Notes under the pieces: model-generated | Databases searched by the model: none | What the model was told of the DNA's origin: nothing | What the model saw: the letters and a program-made list of their open reading frames with translations, nothing else | From: an uncultured bacterium | GTDB lineage: Bacteria > JAGOEH01 | Direction: 5' to 3' | Length of the DNA stretch: 64,000 nt | Assembly (NCBI GenBank): GCA_964632485.1 | Contig: CAZWDO010000012.1 | Location: 1-64,000, forward strand | In this document: piece by piece, positions 50,027 to 58,974 of the stretch | Layout of the letters: each line of letters begins with the position of its first letter | How positions within the stretch are numbered: the first letter of the stretch is position 1 | Position numbers and translations under genes: made by a program

Positions 50027-51079
50027 TCAGGGAGTAATATAGATGTTGTTAGTGAACAGCCAACCATGGGAATGGCGGTAAGCTTCCAGGCGATAATTGC
50101 CCGCTCGGGTGATGGGGATGGTAAAATTTTCCCCATTTTTGACCAGGATCGGTACGCCATTCAGGATTAATTTAATTTGGGCATCCCGGGGGAGCATTAC
50201 TTTCAAGATGATTGATGAGTTATAAGGAATCGATTCTCCTGGAATGACAGTTTCACCCTGGGGATTTTCTGCCCAAAAAGGAAGTTGTTCGATTTTGCCC
50301 CATCGTTGGTTGTAAATATAGGTATGGCCTTCACGAATTGCGTTCAGGATTTGCCGGTTGACGTCTGAAAGTTCCTGACCTAAAGGTTCTCGTAGGATTA
50401 CATTGGTGCGGATGCTTTGGAACTGTATCGCGTAAGGGAAGAACGTAAGGGTTAATGGTCCGATTTTATAAGGTGTGGCGTGTACATCGATTCCGCCGAT
50501 GGCCGGTACTTTGCGTTGGCAATTCAATAAATCCCATTTTGCCAGCGTACGCTCACTTGGAGCGTAAATCCCTTTACGGGGCGAGATCACCATCCATAAT
50601 TTATTGAGAGGTTTGAGGCGCTCAATCCATTCAGACATCTGGTTCCAGATTTCAATCCCATCGAAATCCTGGATTTGCCATTCCAGCCAGGGGTTAGCGG
50701 GAAAATCGCGCATGGCTTCGCCTCGGATTTCATCGGGATGAGCAATAAAACCAAATCCGCCCTGGTTTTTTACTGCTTTGACAAATTCAGCCGGGCCAAG
50801 ACTGGGATCTATCGGAGTTGTAATATTAAATGCTAAGTAATGATTTAAATTTTCATTTACGGGATCATTCAATTCACAGCCAATCAGCGCCCAGGTATGG
50901 CCATATTTTTTTTCTTTACCATTGAGTTTGCTTTCAATGGTTAGATGGTCAGCAATGATGATATAATCCATTTTAAGTCGGCTGGCTATCTCGGCAATGG
51001 TTTCAATCGATGCGGAACCGTCTGAATACGTGGAGTGGATATGGATAGCGCCGGAGTAAATATAAAACGTAGATTTCAT
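50027..51079 (-). CDS. PHP-domain metallohydrolase (CehA/McbA-like)
   Basis: IHIHSTYSDG, IADH, GCE, IAHP, GIEIWN, GGIDVH. Confidence 0.85.
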   Translation of the reverse strand: MKSTFYIYSGAIHIHSTYSDGSASIETIAEIASRLKMDYIIIADHLTIESKLNGKEKKYGHTWALIGCELNDPVNENLNHYLAFNITTPIDPSLGPAEFVKAVKNQGGFGFIAHPDEIRGEAMRDFPANPWLEWQIQDFDGIEIWNQMSEWIERLKPLNKLWMVISPRKGIYAPSERTLAKWDLLNCQRKVPAIGGIDVHATPYKIGPLTLTFFPYAIQFQSIRTNVILREPLGQELSDVNRQILNAIREGHTYIYNQRWGKIEQLPFWAENPQGETVIPGESIPYNSSIILKVMLPRDAQIKLILNGVPILVKNGENFTIPITRAGNYRLEAYRHSHGWLFTNNIYITP

Positions 51080-54000
51080 TTTAAATATAGAATTTTTTTA
51101 AATTGTTGCTGTTGATTGGTTTCAAAACAGTAAAAGTAAGTTCCGCTGGCAATCTCCCCTGATGGAATCCAACTCAGAGCGTGTGTTCCTGAAGGGTAGA
51201 GGGTTTGGTTGCAGAGCGTTGCGAGGCATTGCCCGCTAAGGTTGTAAACCCTCAGTGTCACCGTTTGGGGTTGAGGCAGTGTAAATTCAAATGTTTGTTG
51301 GCTATTGAAAGGGTTGGGATAGGGAGTATGCAGACGCGGATGTTTGTGGATAATTGCGCCTTTATGGGAAGCAATCTCAATTGTCTGACGAAATACAGAA
51401 TGACCTTGAAAGTCAAAAATTTCTAAATCAGCCCGGGTTTTTTCAGTTGAATTTAATGCGGCGGGAAGTAGGTCCAGTTCGAGAAGAGTTCCCTCTTCGG
51501 TGATTTCTCCGTGAGATGGGCAAAGACGCGCCATTGCCACTCGGCAGGTCTGACCATTGAAGGCCGGCAGGATTAACGGGTCCGAATTATATGCGGTCAA
51601 TAGGTTGCCGGCTTTTTGCGCGATAAGATTTTCTTCCCCTCCGAGGATTGTCAACTCGAGTTCACCCATCATAAATGGCGCCGAACCATCTCCCTTAACG
51701 GCCAGTCGATAAATCGATTGAGCGCTGTCATATACCAGATCAATATAAAAATTGCTGTCGGGGCTCATGCCATTTTTATGGAATGTCGTTTTGGATTCAA
51801 TTCGATTTAAAGAGGGATAAAAATTGGCGGCATACCAACTGTACATCAGACTGAAGGCAATGATGTCGCTGGCATTATGGTTGCCGTCCGGTTTTGAATA
51901 GATATAGGGAGCGGTGCTGCCTTGATAATAGACAACAGGGGCGATATCAGCGATTGGGTCCTGAATTCCGCCGCTTCCATTCCATCCACGGGTGAAAAGC
52001 AGGACATCCCGGCCATTAAGCCGGCCGTCAGGATAGACTTTCAGGTGGGGAGCTGAGCCATGGTTATAGGCGCTATCGGTAGCGATATCGCCCACCATCG
52101 TACCGAGTATCCCCAGATGTACGAAACTTAAATCATCAATAGGCGATTGCTCTGTTTTTTGGTTGTTTGCAGTACTGAGTAAGGTATCAATCAGCATTCC
52201 GGTGATGAAAAACCGTTGATCATTTGAATTGGCATAATAATCAATTTGGTTGCTGTCTATGGCAATATTCATAGTCGCGATTACACCGCCACGGGGAATA
52301 CCGGTTACAGAGTTAAGCAAGGCAAGGCTGATTTCAAACGTTCCGGTTTGGTTGATAGTGGCCAATGGTAAATAATTGAAGTAAACCTGTCCGCCATTAT
52401 TAAATCGGTTGAATAGAGGCCCCTCGCTAATTGAGGTAACCCGGTAGCTGGTTATGTCAATAATACCTGTGACCGAGGCGCTCACGATATCATCGGCATA
52501 ATCCAGCCGAATGGCTATTTCACGGTCCTGCGACTGGTTGTTGACGACAAGCCGGGTATCGCCATCCAGCGCATCAACCAGAGAGAATGTCGTATTGTAA
52601 TCATCGGCCAGGTAGAGTTTATGCTGGCTGTATTGATAATTGGTCTGGCCATATTCGTCGGTAATCAGCGCAAAGATATAGCCGTTGGCAGGATAAGTTC
52701 CCAGATTGGCATTCATAGTCCAATCGTACCAGGATCGACTTTCGCTATAGGAAACAGAGGAGGCGATCAGAGTTTCATTGCCGGAAAGCAAGCCGTTGAC
52801 ATTGCTGTTATCGGGATCGAAGTAGAATGTTAATTTGCAGCGAGTCGGATTGTCATCCGTAATCGAGTAAAAAATCCGGAAAGTGGCATGGGGCGCTAAA
52901 TACACATCGCTTGTATCCACTGGGGGCGCCGGGGATAAATAATTAATCAGTGGTATTTCATTGAGCACTCCCTGGAACTTGTGGATGCGGGAACCCATGA
53001 GGGAGGTATCGCTAACCCAGACATCAACTTTATCGGAACCGAATTCGCCCTGCAGTACTGTAACAGTGCGTGGGCGATAGAGGCACCCCAAGGCAATGGA
53101 GTCGGCTGTTCCTTGAGTACCAATAGTTTTAACCAGTTTCGGGGGATCGGTTATCAGAGGATTGAGAGCCGCTTCATCGCTATAGACCTTGATGATGCCA
53201 CTCAAACTGTCGACAATATAGATGTAGACTTCCGAATAATCAGCGGAACTTGTGTTGTATTTTTGGTAGCGGATGACGTCCAAATCCAAAGGCCGGGTAT
53301 CAGTAGCAAAAACAGATTCGTATTGCAGCCGATAGGTTAGCAGGCTTGATCCGGTTAGGTTGAATTTAATCACCCTTGCTGAATCGGCAACATAAATATC
53401 GATTTTTTCGGTAATGGTGTTTCGTCGGGCAGCGACAGCCCGTGGGCGTCTTAATACTGGCATCCCATGCTGGACTGCATACACACTGTCGTATTCCAAC
53501 AGATCGACAGAAACATAGGATTTGATTTCCAGCGCCTGATCCGCATCGGGGATATACCCGTGGATACCATTACCGAATTTGACTTTCGCCTGGAAGCGGT
53601 CGAATACGTAAACTTTTGCCAGTTCGTCGCAACTGTTGATATCGGGAGTCTGAGTCCAAACTTCACCGTTTACTGTCACTTCTACCGAATCTATTTTGGC
53701 ATAGGTTTCATAGGGTGATTCGTTGATATAGAAAATCTGGTTAGAAATATTGGCTGAAAGTGTACCGCTATAGGTTTGTGGGCCGGCGAAACTCAATTCC
53801 CCATATCCGCTGGGCGTTCCTGCCGAGCCATTGAAAACTAATAGGCGATTTTTTCCGGGACCCCGGTCGCAAATGGCGCCGATCACGTTTTGTTCGTTTT
53901 TGCTGCCAATAAGATAGATGTCCTCCACTGTATCGACGTAGCTCATATAGCGGTGGGAAGATATTGCCGGTGTTAATGAAGAAAGTCCAATATCATAATC

Positions 54001-54804
54001 GGCATTCCGCACTTTAATCATATCCGAATATAGGGTAAAGTTGGGTTGCCGGTTGTCGGCAATGTAGATATCGATTGAATCCTGATTCCATGGATCGGGT
54101 CCCGATGGAACAACGGACACGCTTTTTAGGTAGCTGAATGCGCCGTTGATGCTGGTTTTGGTGTTGAGGATACCTGCGCTGCTATCTTCGGGTATCAAAT
54201 AACAACTAATGAGGATATTCATACTATTTAATAATTGCGCGGCCGCTCCGCCACCAAAATAAAAAATGCCGTTATCGCGGTCCAGTACATAATGGTGAGC
54301 ATTTTGCGTTGATGACGTAAAGTTCGATACTTGCTGCCATATACTGTTGTCAACCGACACTATCGCCGAATTTTGCAAAATGTCCCAGTGAGTCAGATTT
54401 TTATCCATGAATACCAGTGAAATGCTGTCTATACCGCTGCTGTTGACCTGAATGTCCAGTGAGTCGGTAAACGTCGTATTCGCGTTATCATGCAAAGAAA
54501 TCCACCCCGTGTAAAATAACGGGGTTTTGAAAATGCGGGTCTTGGCGCTGCCAGCATCATTGCAGACTATGACCGGTAAATCAAACCCCAATGTACCGCT
54601 GGTGGCATGGTCTGTGAATCCGTCCATTCCGGTGATGTTCTTGAACAGTTCAAGCTGGTTGCCAATTGAATAGTACTGGCCGATATAGTAGGTCTCTCCA
54701 TTTAACCAGTAAACAGGCTGATAAGAAACAGCTTGCTTAGCTTGAATGGAAACGATTAACAGGATCGTAAAAAGAAGAACCAGGATTAATTTTTTAGGTT
54801 TCAT
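51076..54804 (-). CDS. 1242-aa T9SS-type secreted protein: NHL-like propeller with two baseplate-like inserts, Ig-like domain, cohesin-like domain, variant dockerin, second cohesin-like domain, sorting domain
   Basis: Signal peptide; IYIAD/IYVAD/VWVSDT blades; V.V...W......YV.DR.....FG.G twice; PDG.N..D...F twice; YPNPFN...KKILYLK. Confidence 0.8.
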   Translation of the reverse strand: MKPKKLILVLLFTILLIVSIQAKQAVSYQPVYWLNGETYYIGQYYSIGNQLELFKNITGMDGFTDHATSGTLGFDLPVIVCNDAGSAKTRIFKTPLFYTGWISLHDNANTTFTDSLDIQVNSSGIDSISLVFMDKNLTHWDILQNSAIVSVDNSIWQQVSNFTSSTQNAHHYVLDRDNGIFYFGGGAAAQLLNSMNILISCYLIPEDSSAGILNTKTSINGAFSYLKSVSVVPSGPDPWNQDSIDIYIADNRQPNFTLYSDMIKVRNADYDIGLSSLTPAISSHRYMSYVDTVEDIYLIGSKNEQNVIGAICDRGPGKNRLLVFNGSAGTPSGYGELSFAGPQTYSGTLSANISNQIFYINESPYETYAKIDSVEVTVNGEVWTQTPDINSCDELAKVYVFDRFQAKVKFGNGIHGYIPDADQALEIKSYVSVDLLEYDSVYAVQHGMPVLRRPRAVAARRNTITEKIDIYVADSARVIKFNLTGSSLLTYRLQYESVFATDTRPLDLDVIRYQKYNTSSADYSEVYIYIVDSLSGIIKVYSDEAALNPLITDPPKLVKTIGTQGTADSIALGCLYRPRTVTVLQGEFGSDKVDVWVSDTSLMGSRIHKFQGVLNEIPLINYLSPAPPVDTSDVYLAPHATFRIFYSITDDNPTRCKLTFYFDPDNSNVNGLLSGNETLIASSVSYSESRSWYDWTMNANLGTYPANGYIFALITDEYGQTNYQYSQHKLYLADDYNTTFSLVDALDGDTRLVVNNQSQDREIAIRLDYADDIVSASVTGIIDITSYRVTSISEGPLFNRFNNGGQVYFNYLPLATINQTGTFEISLALLNSVTGIPRGGVIATMNIAIDSNQIDYYANSNDQRFFITGMLIDTLLSTANNQKTEQSPIDDLSFVHLGILGTMVGDIATDSAYNHGSAPHLKVYPDGRLNGRDVLLFTRGWNGSGGIQDPIADIAPVVYYQGSTAPYIYSKPDGNHNASDIIAFSLMYSWYAANFYPSLNRIESKTTFHKNGMSPDSNFYIDLVYDSAQSIYRLAVKGDGSAPFMMGELELTILGGEENLIAQKAGNLLTAYNSDPLILPAFNGQTCRVAMARLCPSHGEITEEGTLLELDLLPAALNSTEKTRADLEIFDFQGHSVFRQTIEIASHKGAIIHKHPRLHTPYPNPFNSQQTFEFTLPQPQTVTLRVYNLSGQCLATLCNQTLYPSGTHALSWIPSGEIASGTYFYCFETNQQQQFKKILYLK

Positions 54805-54813
54805 GCTTCCCTC

Positions 54814-54900
54814 AACTTAGTATTTTTTGGAAAGATTGTCAAGGGATTTTTTATAAATTTGAATATTTTCCTTGACTTTCATCATATTTGATATTAATCT
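54814..54900. promoter_or_regulatory. Divergent sigma-70-like promoter pair
   Basis: Minus: TTGACA (54842-54837), 17 nt, TAAGTT. Plus: TTGACT (54872-54877), 17 nt, TAATCT. Confidence 0.55.
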
Positions 54901-54906
54901 TAGGCT

Positions 54907-56214
54907 ATGAAAATTTTGTATCGATATATTTTTCGCCAAATGCTGGCTCCTTATTTTTTTGCGGTTTTTGTGATTACCGGGATAATGTTGGCCAATGAAG
55001 TCATCGTATTGACCGATCTGATACTCAAGCGCGGTGTTCCTTCCGCGATGATTCTGCAACTGGCCATTCTCAGTTTATCCCATATTATTGCACTTTCCGT
55101 GCCAATGGCAGTACTATTATCCACAATTATGACGTATGGACGTCTAACCGATGATAATGAACTCATGGCCATGAAAGCCGGTGGAATCAGTCTTTATGTC
55201 CTGCTTATCCCCGCGCTGGTCTTTGGATTATTCAATGTTGCGTTGATGTTCTGGTTCCACAATTCCGTCCTTCCCAATTCAAATTATAAATTGAAGAATA
55301 TGATGTATTCAGTCCGTAATACCCGACCTACTCTGGTTTTAGAAGACGGAATGTTTAACAAGCTGGGTGATGAACTTTCCATTTATATACGGGAACTGGA
55401 TCATGAAAATAATTTAATGTACGATTTGATGATTTATGATTATCATGGAGTTAAAATTCCAACGTTGATCAAGGCTGAAAAAGGACATCTCCTCTACTTG
55501 AAGCAAACCAACCAGTTGATGATTGAATTAGAAGACGGTGAAATTCATCAGGTCGATGAAAAGAAAAACAATCAATATTCAAAGGTCCAGTTCAAGGAGT
55601 ATACTTATCGGTTGAGCCTGCCCACTAACGATTTGGATTCGATCGATTTAGGAAGGGGGCAGCGGGAAATGAATATCGTTATGATGCAGGACCAGATCAT
55701 CAAACTTGAAGAGCGGCGGGAACAATCACGTCAACGTATACGGGATCAGTTGCTATTGGATTGTCAAAATCTGGTGAACGGTAAAGGAAGTAATCCGCGC
55801 CGTACGTTTCAATACATGAAGAATGAAATCAATGTTATTCAGAGTTTGCTATTGGAAATTCATCAATATGAAGTAGAAGTTCATAAAAAATTGGCGATCC
55901 CCTTTGCCTGTCTGGTATTCATCCTGATTGGCGTTCCTTTAGGTGTGCGGGCAAAGCGGGGTGGAGTTGGACCGGCGATTACTATCAGTGTGATTTTTTT
56001 TATTTTTTATTATGGTTGTTTGATGATTGGCGAGGAGTTGGGGGACAACGGCACAGTCCCTGCCTGGGTGACGATGTGGTTTGCCAATGTGATTATCACT
56101 GTCTATAGTATCTTTTTGTTATATCGGACAGTACAGGAGACAACTTATATTCATTGGGACAAATTTAGATTCTGGCAAAAATGGGCATTTTTTAAACCGA
56201 AACTCAATCAATAA
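54907..56214 (+). CDS. LPS export ABC permease, LptF/LptG family
   Basis: ILYRYIFRQM, PMAVLLSTIMTYGRL..DNELMAMKAGGIS, KKLAIPFACLVF.LIGVPLG. Confidence 0.93.
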   Translation: MKILYRYIFRQMLAPYFFAVFVITGIMLANEVIVLTDLILKRGVPSAMILQLAILSLSHIIALSVPMAVLLSTIMTYGRLTDDNELMAMKAGGISLYVLLIPALVFGLFNVALMFWFHNSVLPNSNYKLKNMMYSVRNTRPTLVLEDGMFNKLGDELSIYIRELDHENNLMYDLMIYDYHGVKIPTLIKAEKGHLLYLKQTNQLMIELEDGEIHQVDEKKNNQYSKVQFKEYTYRLSLPTNDLDSIDLGRGQREMNIVMMQDQIIKLEERREQSRQRIRDQLLLDCQNLVNGKGSNPRRTFQYMKNEINVIQSLLLEIHQYEVEVHKKLAIPFACLVFILIGVPLGVRAKRGGVGPAITISVIFFIFYYGCLMIGEELGDNGTVPAWVTMWFANVIITVYSIFLLYRTVQETTYIHWDKFRFWQKWAFFKPKLNQ

Positions 56215-57991
56215 ACCGGTCAGCATAGTGCCGGACATCATGCCCGGATAAAATATGGAATATGCGAATTTTTTCGATTTTTTGCCTGCTGAACGATTGG
56301 ATGGGAATAAAGATCAAGTGTTTTCCGGCTTGTGAGGCCCAGTGTTTGAGATAGGTCGGCGGACTTTTCCCGGCAATCAGGGCAATATATTTTTGTGTGG
56401 AGTATAGAATGCCCGCTAACACGAGTCGTTCGATAGGATCCGTGTAGGCGTTGAACCATGGGTCCTGCCAAATATCCGGAATGGTACGGGGCGGATAAAT
56501 CATCAACAGGCCTCCATAGTGGCAACGGGAAATACCCGGTCCTACCAGTTCGCTTTCTGGTTGGGTCGAATAAAAACACAAAGTCGATTCATGGGGATGT
56601 TCTGCATACCAGGTTAATCGATGCGGGTAGCGGGATATGTCCGCATCAAAGATGATAATTTTCGCCCCCAGTTTACCATGGCTCATCGGTATTTCCTTCA
56701 CATACAGTTTGCGCTTGTGGTAATCGCGGATTGTTTCCCGAAAAGCCAGGCCGTCCTTGAAGCTGCTGGTGAACTCTTCAATACGTGGTTGCTGTATTTG
56801 GGCGATCTGGAATGCGTTTTGAAATATGTATTGACGAAAATTTTCAATAATAATATCTTCCGGCTGATAAGAAACTTGTTGGTTTCGGTTCCATAACCGC
56901 GACCATTCCTGGCGTTGTTTGCGGGTTGGAGGGAGGCGGAAACGAATCAATCGGGAGAAATGGCGCGGATAGGGCAAGGCATTGACAATGTTATTGTTGA
57001 GAATTGCGTTCCATTGGTCTTCATGATCCGGGTCTTCTTCGGTTTCTTCGGTTTGATTCCAAGGCGAACGGGAACTCCAACGCAAAAAGTGGAACGCTGT
57101 TTCCTCATCAATAATTGCCCGGACGCTTTTTACCAGGGTGAATAAATCGGGTCGGGTCAACATTCTTTGAAATGCCAGACGGTGAGAAAAATCAAGTATC
57201 AATCGGATTTGCTGCGCATTTAATGGATTTAAGCGCAGATAGCGGTTTAGAAAGCGGTTGAATGAAGTAAAAAGTAAAGGATATAATAGATCGTTGCGCC
57301 GCAGTGTCAGTCGATGTTTTTCATAGAGCGCTGCCATCATGGGGAACTCACCACTGCAATAATTATAGATAGACAGGGGAGGAGCCACTGTTTCGATTTG
57401 TGGCGGTTGAGGATGATCCTGCGGTTCCCCGCCAAAAGGCAAAACTTCCAGCAATGGTTTAAAATGCCGGGGTTCAACTAAGGTCAGTATTTTTTGATAG
57501 AATGGTTGGAGGGCATTGAGATGTCCCGCGCTGTACCAGAAATAGAGGTTGTCTTTCAGGTCGGGATGGGTCTTAGGTTGGAATAAATTATAATAGAGCG
57601 CATTGCCAACATGGGACAATAATAGGTCCGGGGTTTGCCCATTCCCCGGGAGTGGAGGGGGATACCCCCAGGGTGAGTAATAAAAAATCGGGATTTTTTG
57701 TATTTTTGCCAGGCGAATTGCTTCGATAACGGCTTCGATCGGTTCAACCAGCAGATATTGGTCATCTTTGAGCAAAAGGCTGGGTTTGGGCAATGCTGAA
57801 ATTGCCGTTTCCAGTGTCTCTTTCCAGAATGAAGGCAAAGGAATCGCCAGCGCGTCGATTTTTTCTTTTAAAATCAGGTCTCTCACGCGCAAAGCAAATT
57901 GATAGTTCCCATGGAGGGGGAGATAAAAAAAAAGATTTTGCCAGGAATAACAATCTGATGCTGTCAGCTCGAGCGAATCATACCAGCTCAT
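56204..57991 (-). CDS. Uncharacterised partner of the MoxR ATPase (DUF5682/TraB-like N-terminus, possible degenerate VWA-like C-terminus)
   Basis: LPLHGNYQFALRVR..I....DALAIPLP; DGLAFRETIR..IIIFD; TWYAEHPHES; start taken at MSWYD, overlapping the ATPase stop. Confidence 0.65.
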   Translation of the reverse strand: MSWYDSLELTASDCYSWQNLFFYLPLHGNYQFALRVRDLILKEKIDALAIPLPSFWKETLETAISALPKPSLLLKDDQYLLVEPIEAVIEAIRLAKIQKIPIFYYSPWGYPPPLPGNGQTPDLLLSHVGNALYYNLFQPKTHPDLKDNLYFWYSAGHLNALQPFYQKILTLVEPRHFKPLLEVLPFGGEPQDHPQPPQIETVAPPLSIYNYCSGEFPMMAALYEKHRLTLRRNDLLYPLLFTSFNRFLNRYLRLNPLNAQQIRLILDFSHRLAFQRMLTRPDLFTLVKSVRAIIDEETAFHFLRWSSRSPWNQTEETEEDPDHEDQWNAILNNNIVNALPYPRHFSRLIRFRLPPTRKQRQEWSRLWNRNQQVSYQPEDIIIENFRQYIFQNAFQIAQIQQPRIEEFTSSFKDGLAFRETIRDYHKRKLYVKEIPMSHGKLGAKIIIFDADISRYPHRLTWYAEHPHESTLCFYSTQPESELVGPGISRCHYGGLLMIYPPRTIPDIWQDPWFNAYTDPIERLVLAGILYSTQKYIALIAGKSPPTYLKHWASQAGKHLIFIPIQSFSRQKIEKIRIFHILSGHDVRHYADRFID

Positions 57992-58958
57992 CGTCCCGAT
58001 CCGGATCGTTGGCAAAGGGGTTATTGTTTAAAAAATCATCAAGGGCTTGAAATCCTTGGGAATAGTTTTTGAAATTATCTTGCCATTGTCCGAAATCAAT
58101 TTTTTCATTGGGCAATTTTAATCGTCTTTTATTGGCGTAATCGTCTGGATTGAGGGCTTCATCTCCCAAAATTTTAGCAATAGCGCGGGTAAAAAGGTCC
58201 AATTCGGAGAGATGAGGACGTTGATTTTTCAAGCGCAAGGTGTAGCGCAGGAGATGGATTCCGTCGCGGGTTGAGAAATCCAGGTCCAGTTCGTGAGCAT
58301 GTTGAAGATATTTAACGACGAGGTCTAATAAGGTTTCCTCGGCGAACTCCACATGGGTCTTGAGTATTTGCCGTTCTTCTTCTTCCGGAGGGAAATCAAT
58401 AAAAATGCGGGGTTGCAGTCGGGATAAAATATATTCGGGAATTTCATAAGTTGATGCATCGTCATTCATTGTCACACAGCATCTGAAATCGGGATGGGCC
58501 TGGATTTTTAACCCGGTAAGCATGCTCTCGATCGAGCGCCGATGGTCCAATAGCGCAGCTAACGAGGCCCAGGCTTTTTCAGACATTCGATTGCCTTCAT
58601 CTAAAATGGCCACACCACCGTTAATCATTGCGGACACGATCGGGCCGGCAAAATAGGATATTTGTTGGTTCTGGTTGATGAACGGCGTGATGAGAAGATC
58701 TTCCGGTCGGGTGTCCATGGTGCATTGATAGACATACGCAGGACGGCCGTATTGTCTCGCCGCCGCGATAGCCAATGTAGTCTTGCCTACTCCCGGTTTT
58801 CCCATGATACGCGGTGTTAATGGCAGGTCTTTTTTATGCAAAAGACTCCAGCATGCCATGATATCCTCTAAATACTCGTTCATGCCGATCCAGGGAGTGT
58901 CGGCATTTTCCGGATAAGCTAACTGTAGCGGGATGGTATCAATGATTATCTGATTCAT
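57978..58958 (-). CDS. MoxR-family AAA+ ATPase
   Basis: Walker A GKPGVGKT, Walker B ILDEGNR, HPDFR..VTMN, SRL. Confidence 0.92.
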   Translation of the reverse strand: MNQIIIDTIPLQLAYPENADTPWIGMNEYLEDIMACWSLLHKKDLPLTPRIMGKPGVGKTTLAIAAARQYGRPAYVYQCTMDTRPEDLLITPFINQNQQISYFAGPIVSAMINGGVAILDEGNRMSEKAWASLAALLDHRRSIESMLTGLKIQAHPDFRCCVTMNDDASTYEIPEYILSRLQPRIFIDFPPEEEERQILKTHVEFAEETLLDLVVKYLQHAHELDLDFSTRDGIHLLRYTLRLKNQRPHLSELDLFTRAIAKILGDEALNPDDYANKRRLKLPNEKIDFGQWQDNFKNYSQGFQALDDFLNNNPFANDPDRDDELV

Positions 58959-58974
58959 GGTTATTGTTTCCTCG

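Noticed and set aside
51076-54804. Prophage or eCIS locus implied by the baseplate-like motifs
   Set aside because: No sheath, tube, spike, terminase or integrase genes are in the window; the motifs lie inside a signal-peptide protein
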